A stretch of DNA of 64,000 bases from Burkholderiales bacterium. Its GTDB lineage: Bacteria > Pseudomonadota > Gammaproteobacteria > Burkholderiales > Ga0077523. The translations under genes and the position numbers were made by a program. Position 1 is the stretch's first letter. Each line of letters starts with the position of its first letter. The notes beneath the pieces are model-generated. The model searched no databases. It saw only the letters and a list, made by a program, of their open reading frames with translations, and was not told the DNA's origin. This document shows positions 55,155-63,817 of the stretch, one piece after another. The DNA is taken from the NCBI GenBank assembly GCA_019745565.1, contig JAIESW010000024.1:129-64128 (forward strand), given 5' to 3'.

Positions 55155-56469
55155 TCTCAGCAGTTCCTTCGTCGGCATCCGCTCGCCCAATCCGTTCTGG
55201 CTCGCCTCCGCGCCGCCGACCGACAAGGCATACAACGTCAACCGTGCTTTCGAAGCCGGCTGGGGTGGCGTGGTGTGGAAGACGTTGGGCGAGGACCCGC
55301 CCATCGTCAACGTGAGCGGTCCGCGCTACGGCGCTTTGCTCGGGACCGCGCGCAACCTGATCGGCTTCAACAACATCGAACTGATCACCGATCGGCTGCT
55401 GGACGTGAACCTGCGCGAGATCCGGCAAGTGAAGCGCGACTGGCCCGACCGCGCGCTCGCGGTGTCGCTGATGGTTCCTTGCGAAGAGCGCGCGTGGAAA
55501 ACCATCCTGCCGATGGTGGAAGACACCGGTGCCGACGGGATCGAACTCAACTTCGGCTGTCCGCACGGCATGTCGGAGCGGGGCATGGGTTCCGCGGTGG
55601 GTCAGGTGCCGGAGTACGTGGAGATGGTGGTGCGCTGGTGCAAGGAAAACTCGCGCCTGCCCGTCATCGTCAAGCTCACACCGAACGTGACCAATATCCT
55701 GGCGCCCGCGCGTGCCGCGCAACGCGGTGGCGCCGACGCTGTCTCGCTCATCAACACGGTGAGCGCGATCATGAGCGTCGATCTGGACGGCATGACGCCC
55801 AGTCCGAGCGTGGGAGGCCGCGGTGCGCATGGCGGCTACTGCGGTCCGGCGGTGAAGCCCATCGCCTTGCGCATGCTGGGCGAGATCGCGCGCGATCCGG
55901 AATGCCGCGGTGTGCCCTTGTCCGGGATCGGCGGCATCGCCACGTGGCGCGACGCCGCCGAGTTCATGGCGTTGGGCGCATCCAACGTGCAGGTATGCAC
56001 TGCCGCCATGGTGTACGGCTTCAAGGTGGTGGAAGACATGATCGACGGTCTCGTGAACTGGATGGATGCCAAGGGTTATCGCTCCGTCCCGGAGTTCGTC
56101 GGCAAGGCTGTGCCCAACTTCGTGGACTGGGAGCAGCTCGATCTCAACTACACGGTCAAGGCGCGCATCGACCAGAGCCTGTGCATCCGGTGCGGCCGCT
56201 GCCACATCGCGTGCGAGGATACGTCGCACCAGGCGATCACGCGCGAGCGCGACGGCAAGCGGCATTTCGAAGTCATCGATGCCGAATGCGTGGGCTGCAA
56301 CCTGTGCGTGAACGTATGTCCGGTAGATCAGTGCATCACGCTCGAGTCGCTGCCGGTGGGTACGCCGGATCCGCGGACCGGTCAGCCGGTGCGCAGCTAT
56401 GCGAACTGGACCTCGCACCCGAACAATCCGGCGCAGCGCGCGCCTGCCGCGACGGCGCCGGTCAAGTGA
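55147..56469 (+). CDS. preA: NAD-dependent dihydropyrimidine dehydrogenase subunit PreA (DHOD-like plus 2x[4Fe-4S])
   Basis: 440 aa. ELNFGCPHGM and C-terminal ferredoxin motifs CIRCGRCHIAC and CVGCNLCVNVCP. 8-nt overlap with preT. Confidence 0.88.
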   Translation: MADLSSSFVGIRSPNPFWLASAPPTDKAYNVNRAFEAGWGGVVWKTLGEDPPIVNVSGPRYGALLGTARNLIGFNNIELITDRLLDVNLREIRQVKRDWPDRALAVSLMVPCEERAWKTILPMVEDTGADGIELNFGCPHGMSERGMGSAVGQVPEYVEMVVRWCKENSRLPVIVKLTPNVTNILAPARAAQRGGADAVSLINTVSAIMSVDLDGMTPSPSVGGRGAHGGYCGPAVKPIALRMLGEIARDPECRGVPLSGIGGIATWRDAAEFMALGASNVQVCTAAMVYGFKVVEDMIDGLVNWMDAKGYRSVPEFVGKAVPNFVDWEQLDLNYTVKARIDQSLCIRCGRCHIACEDTSHQAITRERDGKRHFEVIDAECVGCNLCVNVCPVDQCITLESLPVGTPDPRTGQPVRSYANWTSHPNNPAQRAPAATAPVK

Positions 56470-56526
56470 ACCCGTGGAACCTGGTGATGCGCGCGCCAGG
56501 CGCGTGACGAGTCGGAGGAAATCGAG

Positions 56527-57765
56527 ATGTCGCTCACCATCAATGCGGAACGGCTGTGGGACTCCCTCATGGAGCTTGCCAAGATCGGCGCCACGGACAA
56601 GGGCGGAGTACGCCGCCTGGCGTTGACCGATCTCGACCGTCAGGGGCGCGACCTGGTGATCCGCTGGTGCAAGGAGGCCGGTTGCACCGTCAAGGTGGAC
56701 GCCGTGGGCAATATCTTCGCGCGGCGTGCCGGGCAGGACGACAGCCTCCCGCCGATCATCACCGGGAGCCATATCGACACCCAGCCCTCCGGCGGCAAGT
56801 TCGATGGCAACTACGGCGTTCTTTCGGGCCTCGAGGTGATCCGCACGCTGAACGACAAGGGCGTCAAGACGCGGGCGCCGATAGAGGTGGCGGTGTGGAC
56901 CAACGAGGAGGGCTCGCGCTTCACGCCGGTGATGATGGGGTCCGGTGTCTTCGTCGGTGCGTTCCCGCTCGACATGGTGCTGCAGCGTCCTGACATCGAC
57001 GGCATCACGGTGGGCACCGCGCTGAACCAGATCGGTTATGCGGGCACCGAGCCGGTGGGTGGTCGTCCGGTCGGGGCCTATTTCGAAGCGCACATCGAAC
57101 AGGGGCCGATCCTCGAGGACGAGGACAAGGTGGTGGGGGTCGTGGTGGGTGCGCTGGGCTTGCGGTGGTACGACGTGGTGATCACCGGCCAGGATGCTCA
57201 TGCGGGTCCGACACCCATGCGCTTGCGCAAGGATGCGCTGCTGGTGGCGTCTCGCATCGTGCACGAGGTCAACGCCATCGCCTATCGCTTCCAGCCGAAC
57301 GGCCGCGGAACGGTGGGCTTCATGCAGGTGAAACCCAACTCGCGCAACGTCATTCCGGGCGAAGTGCGATTCTCGGTCGATCTGCGGCACGCGGAGGACG
57401 CCGAGCTCGAACGCATGGAACAGGAGATGCGCGCAGCCTGCGATCGCCTGGCCCAGGCGGAGCATTGCACGGCGAACGTCGAGCGCGTGGCCAACTACCC
57501 GGCATGCAAGTTCGACGAGAGCTGCGTGGCGCAGGTGCGCAAGGGCGCGCAGGATGCGGGATTCAGCCACATGGATATAGTCAGCGGTGCCGGGCACGAC
57601 GCGATCTACATGGCTCGCGTCTGCCCGACGAGCATGATCTTCGTGCCCTGCGAAGGCGGCATCAGCCACAACGAGATCGAGAACGCCAAGGCGGAACATC
57701 TGGCGGCCGGGTGCAACGTACTGCTGCACGCCATGGTCGAGCGCGCAGGCATCGCCCATCGATGA
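56527..57765 (+). CDS. M20-family Zn amidohydrolase: N-carbamoyl-amino acid / beta-ureidopropionase / allantoate amidohydrolase type
   Basis: 412 aa. GSHIDTQPSGGKFDG and WTNEEGSRF motifs of the AmaB/AllC group. Confidence 0.82.
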   Translation: MSLTINAERLWDSLMELAKIGATDKGGVRRLALTDLDRQGRDLVIRWCKEAGCTVKVDAVGNIFARRAGQDDSLPPIITGSHIDTQPSGGKFDGNYGVLSGLEVIRTLNDKGVKTRAPIEVAVWTNEEGSRFTPVMMGSGVFVGAFPLDMVLQRPDIDGITVGTALNQIGYAGTEPVGGRPVGAYFEAHIEQGPILEDEDKVVGVVVGALGLRWYDVVITGQDAHAGPTPMRLRKDALLVASRIVHEVNAIAYRFQPNGRGTVGFMQVKPNSRNVIPGEVRFSVDLRHAEDAELERMEQEMRAACDRLAQAEHCTANVERVANYPACKFDESCVAQVRKGAQDAGFSHMDIVSGAGHDAIYMARVCPTSMIFVPCEGGISHNEIENAKAEHLAAGCNVLLHAMVERAGIAHR

Positions 57766-58748
57766 AACCGAAGGTCGTCCTGCTCGCCACCGGCGGCACC
57801 ATCGCCTCGCGCTACGACCCGGCGCTGGGCCGAACCGTCGCCTCGCAACGCGCCGAGGATCTGCTGAAGATGCTGCCGCAGGCCGGCGAGGTCGTGGACC
57901 TCGAAGTCATCGATCATGCGACGGTGGCGAGCTTCGACATGACGGTGCAGTTCGCCTTCGGTCTGACACGGCGCATCAATGAACTGGCCGCGCGCGCCGA
58001 CGTCGCCGGGATCGTCGTGACCCACGGCACCGATACCATGGAGGAAACGAGCTATCTCGCGGATCTCCTGCTCGCATCCGACAAGCCCGTGGTGTTCACG
58101 GGCGCGCAGCGTGCCCACGACGATCCGCAGGCCGACGGACCGCTCAATCTGCTGAACGCGTTGCGCGTGGCGGCGGCGTCTGCGGCGCGCGGCCTCGGCG
58201 CGGTGGTGTGCTTCAACGGCACCATCCACGCGGCGCGCGACGTGACCAAGGCGCATACCAGCGCGGTGGAGACGTTCCAGTCGCCGGATCACGGACCGCT
58301 GGGTGAAGTGGATGGCGCGAGTGTCGTGGTGCACCGCCGGCCGGGCCTGCGCCGCAGCTTCACGGTCGACCGCCTCGAGGAGAGGGTCACGCTGTTCCGG
58401 CTGGCTCTCGGCGTCGATCTCGAAGACCTGCGCGCGATCGTCGCCCGCAAACCCGCGGGCATCGTGATCGAAGCCTTCGGACGCGGCAACGGGCCCAGTG
58501 CGCTGACCCCGATCGTGCGCCAGGCGACCGAGGACGACATCGTCGTATGCGTGGCGTCGCGCTGCGGTACCGGGCGCGTGAAACCCGTTTACGGCGGGGG
58601 CGGCGGCGGGCGCGACCTGGAGGATGCCGGCGCCCGCTTCGCCGGCGATTTGCGCGGACCGAAGGCGCGGCTGGCGCTGATGGTTCTGCTGTCGTCGGCC
58701 GACACCCGCACGCGCGTCAACGAAGTGCTCGCCCAACTCGCTCCCTGA
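57762..58748 (+). CDS. L-asparaginase family protein
   Basis: 328 aa. LATGGTIAS nucleophile motif and HGTDTMEET. ATGA overlap with the carbamoylase stop. Confidence 0.82.
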   Translation: MKPKVVLLATGGTIASRYDPALGRTVASQRAEDLLKMLPQAGEVVDLEVIDHATVASFDMTVQFAFGLTRRINELAARADVAGIVVTHGTDTMEETSYLADLLLASDKPVVFTGAQRAHDDPQADGPLNLLNALRVAAASAARGLGAVVCFNGTIHAARDVTKAHTSAVETFQSPDHGPLGEVDGASVVVHRRPGLRRSFTVDRLEERVTLFRLALGVDLEDLRAIVARKPAGIVIEAFGRGNGPSALTPIVRQATEDDIVVCVASRCGTGRVKPVYGGGGGGRDLEDAGARFAGDLRGPKARLALMVLLSSADTRTRVNEVLAQLAP

Positions 58749-58786
58749 CGGGAGCCTCTGCCTTTCGCTCGAACGAGGAGACCCAA

Positions 58787-60199
58787 ATGGCTGCAACCCT
58801 GATCAGGAACGGCAGGATCGTCACCGCGGTGGACGACTATACGGCGGACATTCTCGTGAAGGACGGCAAGGTCGAAACCATCGGTCGCAACGTCCAGGTT
58901 GGCGGCGATGTCGAGGTGCACGACGCAGCGGGACTGCTGGTGCTGCCCGGCGGCGTGGACGTGCACACCCACCTCGACTGGGAGTTCGGACCGACGTACA
59001 CCGTGGACACCTTCGGCACCGGCACCAAGTCCGCGGCGTTCGGCGGAACGACGACGCTCATCGATTTCTGCAATCAGACCGCCGGCTTCAGTCCGCTGAA
59101 GGGCCTCGAGAACTGGCACAAGCGCCGCGAGAGTGCGTGCGTGGACGTCGGCGCGCACATGATCATGCTGGACGTGAACGATCAGAGCCTGATCGACATG
59201 AAGACGCTCATCGCCAAGGAGGGGGTGACGAGCTTCAAGCTGTTCATGGCCTATCCGGGTGTGCTGATGGTGGACGATGGTGCCTTGTTCAAGGCCATGC
59301 GCGTGGCCGGCGGCAACGGCGCCATGACCTGCATCCACGCCGAGAACGGGCCGGTGATCCAGGTACTGGTGCAGGAGGCGGTCGCGCAAGGTCTGAAGGC
59401 ACCGAAGTACCACGCGAGCACGCGGCCGTCCATTCTCGAAGGCGAGGCGACGCACCGCGCGATCCGGCTCGCGGAACTCGCCGGAGCGCCGCTCTACATC
59501 GTACATCTGTCCGCGGGCGAAGCGCTGCATGCGGTGACCGAGGCGCGCGACCGCGGCATTCCGGTGCATGCCGAGACCTGCCCGCACTACCTGTTCCTCA
59601 CTGCGGAGGAGTACGAGCGGCCGGGTTTCGAAGGCGCCAAGTACGTCATGACCCCGCCGCTGCGCGACCACCACCACCAGCACCAGCTCTGGCGCGGCCT
59701 GAAGACCGACGACCTGCAGGTGGTCTCCACGGACCATTGCCCGTTCTGCTTCAACGAACAGCCCTACGGCATCAAGTACTCCAAGCAACAGGGCATCGAC
59801 AGCTTCAGCAAGATTCCGAACGGCGCGCCCGGCGTGGAGACGCGGCTGCCGCTGATCTTCGACGGCGCGGTCACCAAGAACGGCATGTCGATCAACCGCT
59901 TCGTCGAGATCACGTCGACCGCACCGGCCAAGCTCTTCGGGCTGTTCCCGCGCAAGGGCACCATCGCGGTCGGTTCCGACGGCGACATCGTGCTGTTCGA
60001 TCCGAAGGAACAATGGACCATCCGTGCCGCAGAGCAGCACAGCAGGATCGACTACACGCTGTTCGAAGGTCGCCCGGTCACCGGACGCGTGAAGAAGGTG
60101 TTCCTGCGCGGTCAATGCATCGTGGATGGGGCGAACTGGCGCGGGCGCGAGGGCATGGGCCAGTACCTGCGGCGGGCCGAGTCCGGCGCGATACGCTGA
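58787..60199 (+). CDS. dihydropyrimidinase / D-hydantoinase
   Basis: 470 aa. GGVDVHTHLD metal motif and SFKLFMAY (carboxylated Lys context). Track start trimmed. Confidence 0.88.
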   Translation: MAATLIRNGRIVTAVDDYTADILVKDGKVETIGRNVQVGGDVEVHDAAGLLVLPGGVDVHTHLDWEFGPTYTVDTFGTGTKSAAFGGTTTLIDFCNQTAGFSPLKGLENWHKRRESACVDVGAHMIMLDVNDQSLIDMKTLIAKEGVTSFKLFMAYPGVLMVDDGALFKAMRVAGGNGAMTCIHAENGPVIQVLVQEAVAQGLKAPKYHASTRPSILEGEATHRAIRLAELAGAPLYIVHLSAGEALHAVTEARDRGIPVHAETCPHYLFLTAEEYERPGFEGAKYVMTPPLRDHHHQHQLWRGLKTDDLQVVSTDHCPFCFNEQPYGIKYSKQQGIDSFSKIPNGAPGVETRLPLIFDGAVTKNGMSINRFVEITSTAPAKLFGLFPRKGTIAVGSDGDIVLFDPKEQWTIRAAEQHSRIDYTLFEGRPVTGRVKKVFLRGQCIVDGANWRGREGMGQYLRRAESGAIR

Positions 60200-60204
60200 A
60201 GGCT

Positions 60205-60229
60205 CGCCGCCGGCTGCCGGCCGGCGGCG
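60205..60229. terminator. hairpin between the convergent dihydropyrimidinase and small secreted-protein genes
   Basis: CGCCGCCGGC-TGCCG-GCCGGCGGCG. No T-run. Confidence 0.4.
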
Positions 60230-60241
60230 CGGTCTGCCCGG

Positions 60242-60592
60242 CTATTTCTTCTTCCAGCGGCTCGCGCACTGCACCGGCGAGTTGCGGATGAGCATCTTCG
60301 GCTCGCGCGCATCGGCCCAATGGATGACGTCGTGGGATGTGCCCGAGGTGCTGTTCTTCACCGTCGGCTCCTGGGCGGCCTGCACGTCGCCCTCGATTAC
60401 GTCGTCGACCTTCGGCACCGGCGGTGTCTTCACCGAGAACAGCCCGTAGGCGTAGTTGGGGTCGCCGTCGGGCAGCTTAAGGACGAAATAGCCGCAAGTC
60501 GGGTCAGCCCAGCTCACCACGCCCTCGGCCGCGAATCCCGCGGCGGGCAGCAGACAAGCCAATGCACCAGCACACAGCAACCGCTTCTTCAT
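60242..60592 (-). CDS. small secreted protein of unknown function
   Basis: 116 aa. Signal peptide MKKRLLCAGALACLLPAAGFA. Lys-rich C-terminus. Confidence 0.5.
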   Translation of the reverse strand: MKKRLLCAGALACLLPAAGFAAEGVVSWADPTCGYFVLKLPDGDPNYAYGLFSVKTPPVPKVDDVIEGDVQAAQEPTVKNSTSGTSHDVIHWADAREPKMLIRNSPVQCASRWKKK

Positions 60593-60975
60593 TCGCGTTC
60601 TCCTCCCTCCGGACCACCGCGCCGCAACATGGACGCGCCGTGAATCCTACCTTGACTTATGTAGGTGACATCGAAAGAATTCGGCGCAGCAGGCGTGAAC
60701 AAAGTGCACCCGACGTCAGATCGGCAAGCACGGGCAGGCATCGAGGGGAGGTTCAGTACTTTTTCCTGGACCGGTCGGCGATCCGCCGTGCATGCGGCTG
60801 CCGCCGCGTCGGTTCGTCGCCGCTACGACGGCGGGCGGACCCCTTCTTGACCTGAGCCCTAGGCGCAGTGCGATGACGCGCGCGGGCACGCGTGCCCCGG
60901 GGGACCCGCAGGCACCGACCCGCTCGACCAGGCCGAAAGTCCGTGGTTCGAGTCAACTCAGGAGGGGTCGTCAAC

Positions 60976-62664
60976 ATGCATATCACGTTGAAAACGATGG
61001 TGGTCGCACTCGGCTTTGCAGGGATGGCGAGTGCGGCGTTCGCAGGACCGGTGAGCGAACAGATGCTCGCTCAGGATCCGAGCGATTCGTGGCTGCACAC
61101 CAACGGCAACTGGGCGGGCCACCGCTACAGCGTGCTGTCGCAACTCAACAACCGCAACGCCAAGGACCTCAAGGTCGCCTGGACGACTTCGGTCGGCGCG
61201 AAGACCGATTCGCAGGCCACACCGCTGTATCACGACGGGCTCATCTACTTCCCGCAGGACAACAAGGTGTTCGCGATCGACGCCGACAACGGCAAGATCG
61301 CGTGGAAGTACGAGCACAAACTGCCGGACGACTGGGGCGGCTACAACGTGCCGTTCTTCACCGGCAAGCACCGCGGTGTCGCCATTCTCGGCGAGAACGT
61401 GTACTTCCTGTCGAACGACAACAAGCTGCATGCCCTGAACTACAAGACCGGCAAGCCCAAGTTCGTCGCCGACTACCAGAAGGACGGCATCGTCTATCCG
61501 AAGGACTTCGCCAAGGCCGGCGACGCGAACGGGTACATCAGCACGGTGGGTCCGATGGCAGTGCCCGGCGCCATCATCCTCCCGATGAACGGCACCGACA
61601 CCGGCGGCCTCGAAGGCTTCGTGCTCGGCGTGAGCCCCGAAGACGGGAAGTTGCTGTGGAAGGCCAACATGATCCCGCGGCCTGATGAGCCGGGCGGTGA
61701 CACGTGGCCTGCAGGCAGCCAGAAGTACGGTGGCGCCGGTCCGTGGATCGCGGGTTCCTATGATCCGGATCTCAAGATGTACTTCACCGGAACGGCCAAC
61801 GCCTACGAGTGGAACCCGAAGAACCGGGGCGGCGGCGAGATGGACAATGTCGGTGCGGCGAGCATCGTCGCGGTCAGCACGGACAGCGGCAAGGTCAACT
61901 GGCGCTACGTCGGCGTGCCGGGCGATCCCTGGGACTTCGACATCCCGCAGACGCCGATGGTGATCACCATCGACGGCAAGAAGACGATCGTGCAGCCGAA
62001 CAAGACCGGTTACATCCATCACCTGGATGCCAAGACCGGCAAGTACCTCAAGGCCGATCTTTTCATCGACAAGATCAACTGGATCAAGGGGTACGACAAG
62101 AACGGCCGTCCCATCGACATGATTCCGCTGCCGAAGGAAGGCGGCGATCCGGTGGAGATCGCTCCTGCGTTGCTCGGCGGGGTGAACATGTACCCCAACG
62201 CCTACAACCCGAACACGGGCAACCTGTATCTGGCCGCCACCGAGTCGTCGATGAAGTACGGCTTCGAGGACATCAAGCTGATCAGCAACGTCCGTCACTT
62301 CGGCGCGTATCAGGAGTTCAACTTCGGCGACGAAGTGGACAAGGCCGTCAACGTGAAGACCGGCAAGGAAGTGTGGCGCGACACGCAGGTCGGCAAGCCC
62401 GGCTATGCGGGCGGCATGCTGACCACCGCGGGCAATCTCGTGGTCTACACGACGCAGGGTGGCCGCTTCACCGTGGCGGACGCGCGTACGGGCGAGAAGC
62501 TCTATGAGCTGAACACGGGCATCGCCGCCAAGTCGGGCCCGATCACGTTCATGCACAAGGGCAAGCAGCTCATCGTGCAGCCTCTGGGCGGAACGCCCGG
62601 CTTCGGTCGCGACGAAGCGAACGGGGTCGAGTTCGGCCACGCGATCATCGCGTTCACGCGATAG
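60976..62664 (+). CDS. PQQ-dependent dehydrogenase, methanol/ethanol (quinoprotein ADH) family, divergent
   Basis: ATG 7 nt after AGGAGG. Signal peptide MHITLKTMVVALGFAGMASAAFA. 8-bladed propeller-type repeats align by eye with ExaA/XoxF (…KLPDD…HRGVAILG…, …DPWDFDIPQ…, …GGMLTTAGNLVVYT…). Confidence 0.8.
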   Translation: MHITLKTMVVALGFAGMASAAFAGPVSEQMLAQDPSDSWLHTNGNWAGHRYSVLSQLNNRNAKDLKVAWTTSVGAKTDSQATPLYHDGLIYFPQDNKVFAIDADNGKIAWKYEHKLPDDWGGYNVPFFTGKHRGVAILGENVYFLSNDNKLHALNYKTGKPKFVADYQKDGIVYPKDFAKAGDANGYISTVGPMAVPGAIILPMNGTDTGGLEGFVLGVSPEDGKLLWKANMIPRPDEPGGDTWPAGSQKYGGAGPWIAGSYDPDLKMYFTGTANAYEWNPKNRGGGEMDNVGAASIVAVSTDSGKVNWRYVGVPGDPWDFDIPQTPMVITIDGKKTIVQPNKTGYIHHLDAKTGKYLKADLFIDKINWIKGYDKNGRPIDMIPLPKEGGDPVEIAPALLGGVNMYPNAYNPNTGNLYLAATESSMKYGFEDIKLISNVRHFGAYQEFNFGDEVDKAVNVKTGKEVWRDTQVGKPGYAGGMLTTAGNLVVYTTQGGRFTVADARTGEKLYELNTGIAAKSGPITFMHKGKQLIVQPLGGTPGFGRDEANGVEFGHAIIAFTR

Positions 62665-62688
62665 GGGCAGGCCCAAGCGCAGCAAACC

Positions 62689-62720
62689 GGGCGCGCGCGC
62701 GAGCGCGCGCCTCTTTTTTT
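62689..62720 (+). terminator. rho-independent terminator after the PQQ dehydrogenase gene
   Basis: GC hairpin GGGCGCGCGCGC-GAGC-GCGCGCGCC followed by a run of 7 T. Confidence 0.75.
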
Positions 62721-62764
62721 CGCGGGACCGTGCGAGGTCCCGCCGGCTACAGGGAGTCTGCAGC

Positions 62765-63178
62765 ATGCAAGGCATTTCGAAGAAGCGGTGGGGTCGCTGG
62801 GTGGTCGCGTTGTCGTTCGGTTTCGCGGCCGGCGCGGCGCTCGCGGACGACGCGATTCCCGAGTCCAATCCGTATTCCGGTGACGAGAAGGCGATGCGCG
62901 AGGGCAAGTCGTGGTATCGCGGCGTGTGCGCCGCCTGCCACGGCGGTCGTGCGGACGGGGCCGGCGAGCGCGGCAACGGCGCCGACCTGCGCAAGTTCGA
63001 GCTCGGCTTCAAGGGCTTCGTTCACGTCGTGCTCGAGGGGCGCCAGCAGCCCGGACGCACCATGGCGATGCCGGCCTGGAAGGGCGTCCTCAAGAACGAC
63101 GACATCTACAAGATCGGCGCCTACCTTGAAACCATGGCGATCGAGGGTGCCAACTGGAAGGAGGGCAACAGGCACTGA
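62765..63178 (+). CDS. monohaem class I c-type cytochrome
   Basis: 137 aa. Signal peptide, haem motif CAACH, distal Met context TMAMPAW. Confidence 0.82.
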   Translation: MQGISKKRWGRWVVALSFGFAAGAALADDAIPESNPYSGDEKAMREGKSWYRGVCAACHGGRADGAGERGNGADLRKFELGFKGFVHVVLEGRQQPGRTMAMPAWKGVLKNDDIYKIGAYLETMAIEGANWKEGNRH

Positions 63179-63397
63179 GGTGCGCGGGACGATGCGCGTC
63201 CCGCGGCCGGCGGCTTTGCCTGCGGGAACTCCCGCGGGCATTGCTGATCTTCATCGTATGGATCGACTTGGGCGGCGGGAGCAAGCTGCCCTCGCGGTCG
63301 GGTGAGCGCCTGGCCTGCGAATTGCTGTAGAGAAGCTCAAGAAGCCGCCGAAGGGTCCGAAACCCGAGGCAGGGGGGAGTCGAATGGAGATGTCGCC

Positions 63398-63817
63398 ATG
63401 GACGCTGCCCCGCTTTCCTCGTTGCTCACCGAGCTCTTCACCGCGATCCAGCTCGTTTCCGGTTACGGAATCCCGGAGCGCATGCCGGAGGTGCATTTCG
63501 TGCCCCAGCAGATCATCCAGGAGAAGTTCTGCAACGGGCCGTGTCGCATCCGGGCGGTCTATCAACCGGAGATGGGTGTCTACATCGACGAACGGCTCGA
63601 CGTGGTGCACAACACCTTCGAGCGGTCGATCCTGGTGCACGAACTGGTGCACCACCTCCAGGCCACGTCGGGCATGTTCGGCGCCAGCGTGAGCGAATGC
63701 GAGCGCGCCACGCACGACGAGCGCGAGGCCTACGAGATCCAGAACCGCTACCTCAGCAGCATGAAGGACGAGCACCGCATGCCGCTGCCGCGGTTCGCGC
63801 GGGCCTGCAGCGGCTGA
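63398..63817 (+). CDS. small HExxH-motif protein of unknown function
   Basis: About 139 aa from MDAAPLSS. HELVHH putative zinc motif. Start uncertain (track 63302 is a GTG). Confidence 0.45.
   Translation: MDAAPLSSLLTELFTAIQLVSGYGIPERMPEVHFVPQQIIQEKFCNGPCRIRAVYQPEMGVYIDERLDVVHNTFERSILVHELVHHLQATSGMFGASVSECERATHDEREAYEIQNRYLSSMKDEHRMPLPRFARACSG

Noticed and set aside
60976-62664. Naming the PQQ enzyme xoxF or mxaF (methanol dehydrogenase).
   Set aside because: The absence of the Cys-Cys motif, the altered loop, and the lack of xoxJ/mxaJ or small-subunit genes make a specific methanol dehydrogenase assignment unsafe. It is kept at family level.
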